Below, one piece after another: positions 42,517 through 60,954 of a stretch of 64,000 bases of DNA. Each line of letters starts with the position of its first letter. Within the stretch, counting starts at the first letter, position 1. The notes below the pieces were generated by a model, which worked only from the letters and a program-made list of their open reading frames with translations, made no database searches and had not been told where the DNA came from. Source of the stretch: the human T2T-CHM13v2.0 reference genome, Homo sapiens; NCBI RefSeq assembly GCF_009914755.1, contig NC_060933.1. One strand, 5' to 3'. A program made the translations under genes and the position numbers.

Positions 42517-44984
42517 TGTCTAATTTTTGCTCACATTTACATCACTTTAAGAATGCAATCATGGCTAAATGCCTATGTGAAGCACAAATAATACTGTAGT
42601 GAGGCACATCTGTGGGTGAATTCTTTCAAGGATCAGTTGCCCCCATTACAGTGGGGGTAATAAATAAGCCCTGTCAACTTCACAGTTTATTGTGAGCTAG
42701 ATTGAACTTGTGAATACAGAAATGCCTTATAAATTACCAAACAGATGAGAAGGATTATCATTAATCAAAATCCAGCACAAACTGTGCTCCTCCCAAGACA
42801 TCTCTCTTGATATTCCATCCATCACCAATTTCTTGAGTCTGCAGTTTATTGGCACTTGGAGTCTAAACCACATTTTATTGTCTCCTAATTCTCTGTTTCT
42901 TTGTGTAATTATTCCAATGCCACTTCCAATAATTCAGGATACACATGCTCAGTATCATCTAAGTGTCAAGTCTAGCTAATTACTGGAGAGACAGGAATGA
43001 ATCAGGAATAATCCTTGATTGGGGGGAACTTAAAGTCTAGATCCTGATCTTGGCTAGCCAAGTAATCTCAAACATGTTTTATGGAAGTTTAAAATTAGGT
43101 GTCCAGACCAGACATCTGAGGACTGAGCCATGACTCTTGGGCATCTCTCTTGCCCTGAATAATGGTCCCCTTCCTCCTCCCAATTCTCTGGTCCCTATAG
43201 ACGCTGTAAGTGTATTAGTCAAACTTCCTTATTTACTTTGGCTACTAGTACTCTCAGAACCACAATTCTAAACCACCTTGGCAGATAGGGGCAGAGGCCA
43301 GGTCTTACTTATCTTGGTGTCCCTAGCACTTGGGACAGGTCACTACTGGCAGATATGTTATATGTGCTGGATAGAAGATAAGTTGATTTGTGTATCGCAC
43401 TGACACTAAGTCTTCTCTTGACTTAATTGTCTTTTTTCTGGACTTTTATTATTTTTGTTCTGGCTTCTTGTTATAGAAGAACTAAATATTAAAAAAATAG
43501 CTGTACTAGTACTATCAGTATTAAAACTGAAAGCTTCCAGTGGGTATTAAGTTCTGTCATTGGTGATATGCTAGCAATGACAAGTATGTATCAGATGGTG
43601 AGTGAGACTAAATGTCCTTGACTTTTGTCTTTTGTGAGGATGATATTTGTGATTATTAACTCCCTTTGTAATGGCCTGACTTCTGTCTCCAGTGTGATTT
43701 AATATAGCATTATTAGACTGTATGTGTGTTGTGTGTGTGTGTGTTTGTGTGTGTTAATGAGAGCACAGTGGCCTTTCTGATACCTCTACTAAGATCATCA
43801 CCATTTTTATCTTTATGGGGCCATTTACCCCAAGAATCTTGTAATTGGAAACTTTTTATGAAGAAGCCATGTTTCATTTTAAATAAGACAACCACATAAA
43901 ATATTACCAAGTGTGTGTCTTGAGTTTGCTTTGGGCACAAAACTATTTTGAAAAGCTGGCAACTAGAAGCAGACTAGTAAAGCAAAATCCTGGAGTCTTC
44001 AGAATGTACATGTGAGATCTAATTCAGGCTTAACCTTGCTGCAGCTCTGTGACTTTAGACAAATCACTTCCTCTCTCTGGGCCCCAGTTTTATCATCTAT
44101 TTCTCTAAAACAAGAATGTCATTCTAAAAGAGGCAGTATCCCCTCACCATCCAGGAGCCCACATCAAGCCTTCCAGTGGGTGAATGAAGGCAACACGGTT
44201 TCCATGGCTTAGATGACCTCATGTCGTCCAAATCATTGATGAAATTGACCAGGATAAGGCTGTGTCAACTCTCCCACTAATACTACTTCCAGTAATAAAT
44301 TTGGATACATCTCCAGTAATGGGTGTGAGCTCAGCTTACTGGACCTGTTTTTCTCAGAATAGCTTTATGGAGAACTGCTGCTCACAGGCAGATGCCTGCT
44401 TTTATCACAACATATATCAGTGAGTGAATGACTGTGAAATCCCTTCTTACTGTGCCAGCCAAATGGATAAACAGAAAAATATAGTCATCTCACAGCCAAA
44501 TCACCACTGGTATTTATGATGCTTAAGGGGGAGAGGGATCGCATGCTTGCATATTGTTTCAGAATCCATTCATTCAAGCATCTTCTTTCATGCTACTTCC
44601 CTCCAGACATTGTAACTGGGAGACGAGAAGGGAGCACATGTGGATAAAATAGTGCATTTGCTGTGAACCAAGCCCTCAAGGAGTTTATAGACAAGTGGGA
44701 AGGATAAGATGTGCACAAAAAGAGTTTATTTTATCTTTGGACGTGGTCATTTTCACATCGCTTGCTATTTATTAATTATCATTTGCTCATCTAGAAAACT
44801 ATGACTCTTTTAAGGCAGGGACAATGACTTGCTTATTTTCTGTGACTGTCCTAGTCTGTATCGGCTGCCCCTATTTCCCTACAAGAACACTTCTCCTATT
44901 GGGTGTTGAGTCGACCACATCCTCTCAGTGGTCCATGAGGAACAAGAGGGTGAAGACTGATCATGTCTTTTCTAACTTTGTAAT

Positions 44985-45455
44985 CATCAATTTATTCAAC
45001 AAGTAATTATAGGACTCTTATTATGTGTAAGGTATTTTTCTAAGCCTAAGGGGTTCAGCTAATGTTCTAGTGGCAGAATCAGTAAATAAATAGTAAAAAC
45101 ATAGAGTAAATCAGAAGACAGGCACTGGGGAGGAAAGTAAATCAAGGGGAAGATAGGAAGTGTCAGGATCGGGGGTGATTGCAATATTACCTTGTATGGT
45201 AAGTGAAGGCCTCATTGCAGAAGGGGCAGGTAAGCAAAACCTTGAAGTAGGTGAAAGATGAGGCAGGTTGGTACTAGAGAAAGATTATCTTGGGCAGGAA
45301 GGACAGGAAGGTATGAAACACAGAGATTGGACTACACCATGCATGTTCCAGGAACAGTAAGGCCACCAGTGTGGCTGGACAGGTCAGAGCAGACTAAAAC
45401 ATTGCACAGGGCTTTGTAAGCCATTGTAAGGCTTTGGCTTTTACTCTGAATGAGT
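44985..45455 (-). mobile_element. L2a 3' region
   Basis: tttattcaacaagtaattataggac...ccaggaacagtaaggccaccagtgtggctgga...gccattgtaaggctttggcttttactctgaatga. Confidence 0.78.
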
Positions 45456-46634
45456 CTCCAAGTTCTGGTACACTTCTTGGTACTCAATAAATATGTGTGG
45501 AATGAATGTTGAATACATATTCCTGATGCAGAAATAGGAATATCAAAATTTCTGGGTCCTATATTCAGTTCACCCAGACACTCAGCATGTTCTGTTTCTG
45601 TCTTGGGTGGGGGAGAGGACTGTAGCTAGATGTAGTAGTAAGGCAATCACATGCCTAAACTTTCCACTTTGGGGACTGAACAAAATGGAAAGAGCTGTAA
45701 CAGAGAAACCAGCCATGTGGACTGGGGTTCAGAGATTATGAGACAGAATCAATGACAGAGTCTGTGTGTAAGGGCCATCTAAGAGATAACACTGGGTGTA
45801 GGATTTGGAAAAAAAAGTGGAAATTAAGAATGTAGAATGAAGAGAGGGACATCCCAGGGAAAAAGAATAGTATATGCAAAAGCATAAAGGATAGAGAACA
45901 TGTTCAATGAACAAGGGATGGGCAAGGTTTGCTGAAACAAAGAATAGGTAAAGGAGAAACATAGATGGGGCATCATATAGAGACTGTGGCTTAGAAATAG
46001 ATCACAGAAACTTTGAGTGCCAAACTTAAATATCAGCAGGGAAAGAGGAATCATGGATGGTTCTGGAGCAAAGAAGTGGAAAAAACAAGGAATTAAGCCA
46101 CCAGCTTTAGTTTAGTATGTGAGGGAGAAACCAATCATGGAGTTGCTGTAATGAGGGCTCATCTAGATTTTTGGTTGAAGCAGCGGGAAAGCCATGAGAA
46201 GGGTACACAGGAAATATGGAGGAAGGCAAACCCCCATGGCTTAGAAACACATTGTATGGGGCAAGGAATTCTATCAGTTCACATTCTCTGTAGGTTTTCC
46301 TTATAATTGTTTATGTTCAAATATTAATCAGCATGACTGCTCCATTTTCTCTGTCTTATTTCCTTAGGTAGGTAATTTAGAATATTTTGAAAACTCCCAC
46401 ATTTTTCAAAAATGCACATCAAATGCATGCTGCAGCTCAAGTAGGAGCTTCTTAAATGCAAACTTCCAGCTAGGATAATTCGAACGTGGTGGGGGTTTGA
46501 ACACTTTGCAGAAAGGTCTGGAGTAGCACAAATGTCAAGGCAGCTAAAAAATGTTTTCTTGTGTTAAATTACCTTTGATTTGTGTTACACAGAAGAAAAT
46601 GAATGAGGTGCTCTTGAGACGTTTTAATTCAAAA

Positions 46635-46790
46635 GCAGCAGTGTAGCACAATAGTCAGGAGCAAAGAATCTGACAAAACACAATCTGAGTTCAAATCCCA
46701 GCTCTTATATTTAGTGGCTGTGTGACTTTGGGCAAGTTTATTAACCTTTCTGTGCCTCAATTAGCTGAGGAGTAAGAATGACCTCTAAAG
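46635..46790 (+). mobile_element. MIR
   Basis: gagttcaaatcccagctc...tgtgtgactttgggcaagtttattaacctttctgtgcctca. Confidence 0.85.
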
Positions 46791-48236
46791 CCTTGTGCAC
46801 ACTCAGGTAGGTCCACATGAACATGACTAGCCGTAATTTGGGTAGTCTATATACCTAAACACACATAATTATTACTGACACCACGAAAGCAATATGGTGG
46901 GTAGGACACACTTACATTCATGGTGGTGTGAACAGCATTGGTGTAAGCACCTCACCTGCAGTGAACCAGGCCCCAGGCTTGGCCTACCTTGCTATGCAGG
47001 AGGACTAAGCAGGACACGCAGCTAGTAAGTGCACAGCTGAGAGTTGAAGCCCAATTAAGCTGTAGCCTCTACACTAAGATACACTTTGAAAGTCACCAGG
47101 TACAACTTCCTCATTTCACAGAGGCAAATGGAATTCAAGGATATTAAATGATTTGCTCATAACCCCAGATCTAATCAAGGCAGACCTAAAACTAGTACTA
47201 GGTGTGTCTGACTTATGAATAAGGACCTTTTTTATCTTCCTCCCCATATTCTCTCTAAAACAAACTCACACCTGAACCTCTTCTTCATAGTCCTTTTCCC
47301 ATTCACTGAAAGCCATGGCATCATTAAAGAATCTACTTTGTTCTCTGCATACCTAGACGTTGTCCTCAACACGGTCTGCAGAGTCTCATCCTTGATTCAG
47401 TGTGAACTTTATGTCCCATCAGTGACAAAATCAAGACCAAGGAAGTGCCCTAGCTGCCCCTTAAGCTCTCACCGGATGTGATTCACCAACAATAACATAC
47501 TTTCTCCCAGCCGAATGCCACCTCTCACTTTCCACCTGTGGCCTGATTTTCTTGGGTCGGGTTTCCTGGTTAGACAAACTTGTGGTATGCAATGTGTGGG
47601 ATGAATGGAGAAGGGTTAAAATAGCCCAGCCACAAAAGGTTACTTCTAAGCTTAGTCTCCTGAAGTTCCAACCTCCCCATCATTTTTGCTTTTGTATTGA
47701 AAAACATGCTCTGTCCAGAAAAATCCCCAGAGAGTAGGTTGCCAGGTTGTGGGAGTAATTACCTTTCCAGAATTAACATGAAGCCAGAAAACACCTTGTT
47801 GGGGGCCTGGCATATGATATATTCATCTTAAATTAGAAGCACAGCATCCCAAACTTGGCAAGTGATAGCCATCTTCAACCTGCTCTGGCCAGCCCACACA
47901 GAAAGTTTTGTACTTCATTTCAGGCTTTGCATTTATTTGTCAAAATGAAAATATGTTTATTGATTGCTTCTTAACACAAGAAGCAATTTATACTTATTTT
48001 AAGGCATTTAAGTTGTAACAAAGTGTGTAAGGTATAAACTGAAAGTCTATCACCCATAATTTCAACCCAGAAATAACCACAATTAATGGATTGATCTTAG
48101 ACTTTTTTTTCTGGGTGTATATTAGCATTTTTTTCTTCAGGAAAATAGGCTTATACTCATATATATATAATGTCTTTGTCCTATTTTTGGCTTTAAAGTA
48201 GTTTGTACATTTTTTTCTTCTATGTCAGAGTGGAGT

Positions 48237-49740
48237 TTTTAAGGTAGTAAAATATACGTAACATAAAATTTTTATTGTAACAATTTTTAAGTGTGCAATT
48301 TACAAACAGTAAGTACATTTGTACAACCACCACCACCATCCATCTTCAGAACTTGATTCATCTTCCCCAGTTGAAACTCTGTACCCATTAAGTATAACTC
48401 CCCATTCTCCCTACTCCCAGTCCCTAGCAAATAGCATTGTTCTTTCTGTCTCTATGAATTTCACTACTCCTAGGTACCTCATGTAAATGAAATACTGCAA
48501 TATTTGTTCTTTCGAGTATGGCTTATTTCACTTAGCATAATGTCTTCAAGGTTCATCCATGTGGCAGTATGCGTCAAAAGTTCTTTCCTTTTTATGGATG
48601 AGTAATATTCCATTGCATTTACATACCACATTTTGCTTATTCATTGATCCACTGATGGACATTTGGTTTGCTTTCACATTCTGGCTCTTTTGAATAATGC
48701 TGCTGTGGACATGGGTGTACAGACATCTGCTTCAGTGTCTGCTTTAGCTATTTTGGATATATACCCAGGAGTAGAATTGATGGATCAAGAGGTGATTCTA
48801 TTTTCAAATTTTTGAGAAACTGCCATATTGCTTTTCACAGCAGCTTTATTATTTCACATTCTCACCAACAATGTGTGAGAGTTCCAATATATCATCTTCC
48901 TCACCAACACTTGTTTTCTGCTTTTTTTAAAAAATAGTAACCTTCAGAATAGACATGAAGTGGTGTTTTATCGTGATTTTTTTTCTTGCATTTCCCTAGG
49001 AATTAGAGATGTTGAGGGCTTTTCCATGTGCTTATTGGCCATTTGTATACCTTCTTTGGAGAAATGTCTATTCAAGTGTTTTGCCCATTTTTTTGGAAAG
49101 TTTTTTTTAAATTATACTTTGTTTTACATTCTAGGACACATATGCAGGATGTGTAGGTTTCTTACATAGGTAAACGTGTGGCATGATGGTTTGCTGCACC
49201 TATCAACTCATCACTTAGGTATTAAGCCCCACATGCATTAGCTATTTATTCTGATGCTCTCCCTTCCCTCACCTCTCCACCCCAGCGACAGGCCCCAGTG
49301 TTGTTCCCCTCCTTGTGTCCATGTGTTCTCTTTGTTCAGTTCCCACTTTTGAGTGAGAACATGTGGTATTTAGTTTCCCATTCCTACATTAGTTTGCTGA
49401 GGATAATGGCTTCCAGCTCCATTCATGTCCCTGCAAAGTACATGATCTTGTTACTTTTTATGGCTGCATAGTGTTGCATGGTGTATATGTAACACACTTT
49501 TTTGTCCAGTCTATCATTGACGTTTTGCCCGTTTTTTTTAAACCAGCTTACCAGCTTCTTTTTTTGTTGTTGTTGAATTGTAGGGGTTCTTTATATATTC
49601 TAGACACTAATCCCTTATCAGGTGTGTGATTTGCAAATATTTTCTCTCTTTCTATGATTGCTTTTAACTGTTGATACTGTCTTTTGATGCATGAAAGCTT
49701 TTAGTTTTGTTTAACTTCAACTTATCTAGTTTTTTTCTGA
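48237..49740 (-). mobile_element. L1MB (MB3-like) 3' end, interrupted by a younger L1PA
   Basis: gaaactctgtacccattaa...ctaggtacctcatgtaaatgaaat...ttggccatttgtataccttctttggagaaatgtctattcaag. Confidence 0.88.
49095..49521 (-). mobile_element. 5'-truncated L1PA8/PA10-type 3' end (about 430 bp)
   Basis: aggtattaagccccacatgcattagctatt...; TSD GTTTTGCCC(A/G)TTTTTTT at 49078-94 and 49522-38. Confidence 0.9.
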
Positions 49741-51359
49741 TTGAATTTTAAATAAGATGTCAGGTCTGTGCCTGTGTGGAATTTATACGTTCTGGTGGAA
49801 GGGACATAAATTTAACAATTAACTACACAAATATTTATTTGTGTGGTAATTAAAGCTATGAATGCACTGACCAAGTTTACCTTACCTATTTGGTGAGTGA
49901 AGACCAACTGAGGACCTGAAGGTCTTCTATACAGGAGTTAGTTAGAAAGGGATGAGAGTAGTGTTGGAGACAGGCTTCCAGGATAAACATATGAATCTGT
50001 GAAGCCCCTGAAGAAGGTGAAGGGACCAGGAAAGGCTGCCAAATTTGGATGCAACGGAGTGAAACAGACCCAAAACAGATCAGACAGGGTGCTGAAGGCC
50101 ATGCCTTTATAATCATGGCCAGCTTGTCGCAAGTTACTGAAAAAAATAATCTAACTTTCATGAGAATAAGAAAGTATGCATGGGAAAGGGGTGAGATGTG
50201 TGTGTGGGGGGGGGGTGGGTGGGGGGAGTGGTACCAAGAAATATATTTGCTCATATTAAAAAAAAAATAGGAGTAACACTAGCCTTGGAAATAACCAGAT
50301 CCAGGAACTCAAATCATGCTGCCTAGACACTCCTTAACTCTCATGCCTGTTTTTAATCTTTATTTCAGCCACATTCTCTCATCCTGCAGAAGGACCCTTC
50401 TAGGTGTTAGAGGTTGAGGGATTTTGGCTACATATGGCCCCATACATCTTCCTAGCTATAGATTCCAATGGAAGAAGAGAACTTTCTTTCCTCTACTGAG
50501 TGCATATAAACTTCTGCATCTTGCTTCTGGCCTCAACTTGATCTTCAGCATCAACATCAAGCAGAGCAGCATGAGATGCAGTGCAATGAATAAACAGTTC
50601 TTGGTCACGGGCTTGCCCTTGCAGTCTGGAAAGAAAATCCTGCAACTGAGAGAGCCACCATGATTTCCTGAAGTATTTGGTGAAGAACCATTCTCCAAAC
50701 GTGAAGTCAGGAGATATGTATTGCTATTATCAGAGCTGAGGAAAAGACACTAGAAGTTTGAAATCTCAGATGTCCACAGCATCATGACACATAGTTAGGA
50801 TTCCATGCTGAATAGAAGGGGGAACCTACTGAAGAGTTTTCAGCAGAAGAGAGACCCAATAAAACTTGCGTGTAAATTATAACCATTGCTTCTGTATAGC
50901 ATTCTGATTGGAGAGTCAGGTATAGATGCACAGAGAGCAGTTAGAAGGTTATTATAGTAGTCTAGAAGTGACTGTGGACTTGTAGGGAAATGGCAAATAT
51001 TTAGAAAACAAATTCAATAACACTCAGCAATCAGTTGGACTTGGGGTATGAGGAAGGGAGAAATGTCTGGTCTGATTCCATCACAAGGCCTTGTATATGC
51101 TGTTCCCTTTGCCTAAAAATTCCCTTAGCTCCTCTTTTAACCTGGCGAAATGTTGCTCCTTCATCAGGTCTCAGCTTGAGCATCTCTTCTCCAGGGAAAT
51201 TGATCCTCTTGCCTTTCCCCTGTTTAATTTCCCTTCCCATCACTTATCACAGTTTATAACGTTATATTCACTCACTTATAAAGTACTTTCTTAAATATTT
51301 TAGCTCCTCTACAAGGATGTATAATCCTTGAAGCAGGAGCTGTTCCCACCCAAGAAAAT

Positions 51360-51620
51360 GAAAATCTCAGTCATTAAGTACACAAACACGGGTCCAGATT
51401 GCTTGGTTTCAAATCTTGGTTCTGCTACTGGCCAGCTGTGTGATCCAAGAAAAGCTACTCGACTTCTCTGTGTCTTCATCTGCTCATCTGTCAAATGGAT
51501 ATATGAGTAGTCCTACTTCATGGAGTTGTTGCGAGGAATCCATTAGGTAATGTATCCAAAGCCTTTAGAAGGATGTCATGTTTATAGTAAGCACTAGCAC
51601 AGTGATAGCTGCTTTAATTG
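51360..51620 (+). mobile_element. MIR
   Basis: ccagattgcttggtttcaaatcttggttctgctact...ctcatctgtcaaatgg. Confidence 0.82.
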
Positions 51621-51904
51621 TTCTCTTCTTCTTTGTCCCTAGTACCTCTCCTAGTGCCTGCAGCCACGCAATACATATTTGAAAAGTAAGTGGAAATCTG
51701 TCAAGTGTAAGTTACTGTGTGGATATTGGTGTGATGCACAGAGAAGAGGAAGCACTGGAAGATGATCATGGAAGGGAGAGAAGGCAAGCTTGCAAAATCA
51801 GCATTGGCTATTTAAATAATATCTGCCTATGATGCTGTCAAGGAAAAATGTTGTGGAGCCGTTGGAAATGTGACATTGAAGCTCAAAACAGAGGCCTGAG
51901 GGGA

Positions 51905-52348
51905 TTGATTAATTTCCCAGAGCCGCCATAATAAGGTACCACAAACTAGGTGGTTTAAAACAATAAACATTTATTGTATCACAGTTCTGGTGGCCAGAAG
52001 TCTGAAATCAGGTATTGGCAGGATTTTGCCCCCTGAAGGGCCCTAGGGAAGGATTCTTTCTTGCCATTCCAGCTTCTGGTGGTCCCAAGTGATCATTGGC
52101 TTGCAGTAGCATCACCCCAGTGTCTGCCCCTGTCTTCACATGGCCTTCACTCTATCTGAGTCCAAATCTCCCTTTTCCTACGAGGATAGCAGTCATGTTG
52201 CATAAAGGGTCCAACTACTCCAGTGTGACTTCATCTTAACTACTTACATCTGCCACAGTCCTACTTTCAAGAAAGTTCACATTCTGAGGTATTAAGGCAA
52301 TCAGTGTTTCAGTGTATCTTTTGAGAGGACATAATTTCACCCACAACA
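51905..52348 (-). mobile_element. MLT1C-type solo LTR
   Basis: taccacaaactaggtggtttaaaacaat...cacagttctggtggccagaagtctgaaatcagg...ggacataatttcacccacaaca. Confidence 0.87.
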
Positions 52349-52404
52349 GAAGTGATATACATTTGGGGGTTACTGGCATTTGAATGCTATTTTGAGCCAA
52401 GGCT

Positions 52405-52670
52405 ATAGAGAAGAGCAGCCTTGTAGCTAAGAGCTCAGGTCCTATCAATCCATACAGACCTGGGATTGACACTCAGTTCCATTACTGACTGGCTCAGATC
52501 TTGGTAAAGTTGCCTAACATTTCGAAGACTTAGTTTCTTAGCCTGTTAAAAAAGGGATAATAAAACCTCCAGGTTTCTTGTAAATATGAACTGAGGAAAT
52601 GATTGTAAAGTGGTGAGCATAGCACATCTTATAGGGTGAGTCTTCAGTAAATGGTGTCTGTTAGTTAAGA
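52405..52670 (+). mobile_element. MIR
   Basis: cagacctgggatt...cttggtaaagttgcctaac...agtttcttagcctgttaaaaaagggataat. Confidence 0.75.
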
Positions 52671-53769
52671 TTTTGTATGGAAAGAATCTAACCTGAGAAA
52701 GAAGGAAGAGTGAGGAATAAATTTTTAACCAAGAGGAAACACCCCATTTTAGTTAGAAATGACCCAAGAGAGCAACCAGAATAATGAAAATACTATAAAT
52801 TATTTTCTGGTGTTTTGGATTTATATATAGTTCAAGAATTTAGCCCTGTGCCTGACCTAAGACAGATAATCAATATGCAGTTGGATGGCTAGACTGAATG
52901 AACATCAGGGACATATTTAGCCACCAGAAGAGGAGTATTAAGGGTACATAGGTAGGGAAAGAGGATTGAAAGTTACCTAGAAATCTGGAAGGCTCTGATG
53001 CAGAAGAGATATTATACCTACTCTGTAAATGTGGAACTAGAACTAGGGGATAGAAATTATAGGGAGAATCATTTTTACTCAATACTGAACATTTGCTGAG
53101 GTCCCCAATCCTCAATGTTTGCAAACAGAGATGGATAACACCTAGCCAAATCATTTATACAAGGTGTCTTTGTACTGGGGAGATGGTTGGATTAGAGGTC
53201 TGATAAATTTATTTCCACCTGTGATTCCAAATTGATGTTAAAGAGACTATAAATAAGAAACATTTATTAGATGAAAGGAATATGATAGACACAATTTAAG
53301 AAGAGACATTAAGCAGTATAAAATTCCTTCCTATCTAATTTAGTTTCTAACTCAGCTCTATTTTCAAAGGCCAAAGCTACCAGCCCTTGAATTCCCATTA
53401 CACTTATTCTCCCTTATGTTAGATTTTATATGGAGGAGGACCAACAGTTTTTGAGAAGCACCTCTGGATCAAAACAATGATCCGTAATTCCTTAAGTAAA
53501 AGCTAGTAATCATATTAATGTTCTTTAGAAGAAAGAAAGCCAAGCCAGGATAGTAAAACAGAAAGCATTTCCCATCATTTTTGGATAAGGCAGAAGACAA
53601 AGTCCAGTTTCTTTCGAGTCTGAAGGGGAAGTTTAAAATTTTCAGGACTATAAAGGACAATGCAAGAGAGGCATTGAAGCGATGGGGGAAGAAAACAGTA
53701 GGGGGTTCCCTATTTTAAAACCACTTCTGAAGTGAATTCTAGCTTCATCTTGCCTTCATTCCCAGCTCC

Positions 53770-54055
53770 ATCCTTGGGAATGAAAGATTTATTCTTCTAG
53801 CTGCCTGGAATTCTGCTGGCTGAGAGCTCTACATTGCCAGGCTTCTTCAGGAATTGCCCGAGTGGAACAGGGCCACCTTGCCCACAGGTATTCCCTTCCT
53901 TGAGCAACCCTCATTTAGTGATTGATCAATTAATGCATCAAAAGGTCTGACATACTTCCATCATCCAGGGACGTCTCTGAAGGCCATCTCAGCTTCAGAG
54001 CTCCCCATGAAGTTGACTGAAGTTTTTATTGGATTTTGTGTCAGTCAACTTCTTC
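53770..54055 (+). mobile_element. LTR16-like ERVL LTR fragment
   Basis: ggaatgaaagattttattc...ttcaggaattgccc...ggccatctcagcttcagagctcccc. Confidence 0.55.
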
Positions 54056-54124
54056 AATCATTTTTTAAGATCACTGTATTTATTTGAAAAAATTGCCAAA
54101 GAAGATTGTTTCTTTGCGATTTTG

Positions 54125-58085
<3,961 letters not shown>

Positions 58086-58089
58086 TTCT

Positions 58090-59790
58090 TTATCCAATCT
58101 TGCCTTCCCTTCCATAGATATTGATTCTGAAAGCACAACCAACCTTTCTGTACTCTGATCTCTGTCTTAAAGTCTCCTTCTTAGCAAACCAACCTGTGCT
58201 TTCTTCTTTCATATCTTTTCTCCTTTCAGCTACAATCTGATTTTTCTTGTGTTTACAGCAAAACTGAAAAGATTTTTTTATATTCATCATTTTCACATCC
58301 TTACCTTCCATTTTCTCTTGAACACACAACAATTAGACTTAGTTGCTGCTGCTCCATAGAAACTGTTCTTGTCAAGGTCACCACAAATTCATCCTGTCAA
58401 GTCCCATCATCCTCATGTTGGATTACCTCTCAGCAACATCTGCCATAGTTAAATAATCTTCTTCCCAAGAATGTACTTGGTTCCTGGGATATCACACTCA
58501 CTTGGTTTTCCTTTCCTCACTTGCTGTTTCTTCTCAGTATCTTTTGCTGGGTCACCTTCATCTTTCCAATCTTTAAATGTCTGTGAACTCCAGAACTTCA
58601 TCCTTGACTTTCTTATTCATCTTCAATTACTCCCTAGGTCAAAAATCAGCAAACTTTTCCCATAAAAGACCAGATAGTAAATATTTTAAACTTTAGGGCA
58701 ATGTGGTTTCTGCTGCACCTACTTAACTCTGCCATTGTAGTGCAAAAGTTTCCATATAGAATATACAAAAACAAACATTTTCATGTTCCAATAAAAACAA
58801 CCAATGGCCATATTTGGACTGATGGTTATAGTTTGTAGATCTCTGTTCTATGTAATCTCATCTGGTTCCACAACTTTAAATGTTATTACTGACTACCGTA
58901 AATTCCAGACTGAGATAGTTAAGCTGCTACTTGGCATCGCTCAAAAGTAGTATGTACTAAAAGGAAACTTTGGACTTTTGTTGATCTATTCCTCAACCTG
59001 TTTCTCTCCCAGTCTTTCTTACTGGCAATGCAAGACACATCACCATTTGCGCCTTATTGATACCACCTCATTACCTTTATCCTTCATTGCCAGCCAGGTT
59101 CAAGACATGAAATTCATTCATCTGGATTAGTTCAGTAGTATTGAGCAGGTCTTTCTGCTTTCCCTCTAAGCTCCCAAGAGCCTAGTCTTTGTAGAATGGC
59201 AAAAATAAATTTCTTGAACATTTCTTTTAAAAAAGAAAATTAGATTTTAACATTTCCTTCTCATTTTGAACAAATTTCAAGCTTCTTCCCAAGACCCAGA
59301 AGGTCCCAAATGATCTGGTCTTTCCTCACGTTTGTGGTTTTGTGGTCTGTTCTTCATGCTCATTCCCTCCCAGCCACACTTGTCTTTTTGCTGTTTTGAG
59401 TGTTCAGTTTATACTTGCCATGAGGCCTTTGCTGACCCCTCTATTTGGAAATATTTTCCCCCAATTTCTAACTTGCCTCATATCCTTAACTAATTTGGGT
59501 TTTTGTTTAAATATCATCTCTTCAGAGAAAGATGTTTTGATTCCCTATCTTAATAGATTCCTCCCATCATTACCCAGTTCCTTTTTACCTTGCTTTATCT
59601 TTTAAAAACGATACTTAATGAGTACCAAAAATTATTTTGTACATTTATTTCTTTATTTGTTATTTCCCTCTACTACAATAAAAATTTGAGAGGGCAGAGA
59701 CCATGTGTCATTTGTTTCTTGCTCTATTTATGATGCATATAAAAGTATGTGGAATGTATCAGGAAAACAATAAAAATTTGTTATTGTTTT
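58090..59790 (+). mobile_element. L2 (ORF2 to 3' end), fragmented
   Basis: gaaactgttcttgtcaaggtcacc...ctctcagcaacat...tttgagagggcagagaccatgtgtc. Confidence 0.75.
58640..58845 (-). mobile_element. MER58A (hAT-Charlie MITE)
   Basis: cagcaaactttt...aaagaccagatagtaaatatttt...tacttaactctgccattgtagtgcaaaag...tagtttg. Confidence 0.85.
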
Positions 59791-60954
59791 TCATTTAAGC
59801 ATGATGTATTTAGAACATACATTTTTCTTAGAATCTTCTGAAATGCCATGATCATGCCTGTAAAGGAATAAACATGGTATAAACCCAGAAGTACCCAGTG
59901 GAAAAAAATAGAAGGTGTAAGTAAACAGATGAGGTATGTCAACAAAATTCAGGAAGATGGGAAGCAGATGGATTAATGAAAACCACATCATCAGTGGTGA
60001 GGAAGCAGAAACCCAAATGACTGAAGGAGCATGAAGAAGATCAAAAGAAACAAGATGATTCATGCCACAAAACTTTGCAAAGGCTCAGGAAAGTCACCTG
60101 GTATCTTACAAGGTAGGAATGAGGAGACAGTTGAAGAGAGGAGGATTCATTGAAAGTTAATTTTTAAAAAGTTTTATAATTCCAGATTATCTTCTCCTGG
60201 CCAGAATGCCAGGTGCTGCTCTTCCCCAAACCAGGCCGAAAGAACGTGGGAATTTTATTCTTTGGAGAAGTGAAACTAAAGATGCTCTTGATGTGGATAC
60301 CCAGGACAAAGCTGAGGTTGAGATAAGACATGTATTAAAAATAGGAAACTTAAGCAAAAATCTACAACCTGAATGGCAAGATTGCTAAGCTCCCTTTTCT
60401 ACAACTTGACTTCCTTCAAGATGGAAGCTGGTTTATATGCCCAAAGTCAAGGAGAGTGAAAGGTTTCTCTCTAAGAAATTTGACCAGACTAAAACTACAG
60501 ATATTCACATTTGAGGGAATCTCCAATAATATGGTCAAGTCCCTGTTTTAACATCATTCAATGAGGCCCACCAATCAGAAAGTCCCACTCACACAACCTG
60601 AAATTCAAATTAATTTTTCGCTACCTTAAATCTTGTTGATGAATGAATACTCAAGGACTGGCAGATATTTGAGTAAATCCTCTAACATGAAAGGCAGAAA
60701 CCAGAGCAAACTAAAAATGGAAGCTCAAAAAACAGAATTTCTGTAAAGACCAGAAGAAAAACTAAAAAGAAAAAAGAGAAAGCTAAACAAATATAGTGTT
60801 CTTATAGAAATAAGATAATATCCAGCATTCAAATAAAAACAAACAAAAGGTAGGATCTTATGAAAGAAGAGCATTCAGAAAATAAGAACAAGCTTTTGAA
60901 AATTAAATATATAATAGCAGAATCAAAATTTAAATAGATAGGATAGAAGAAAGA

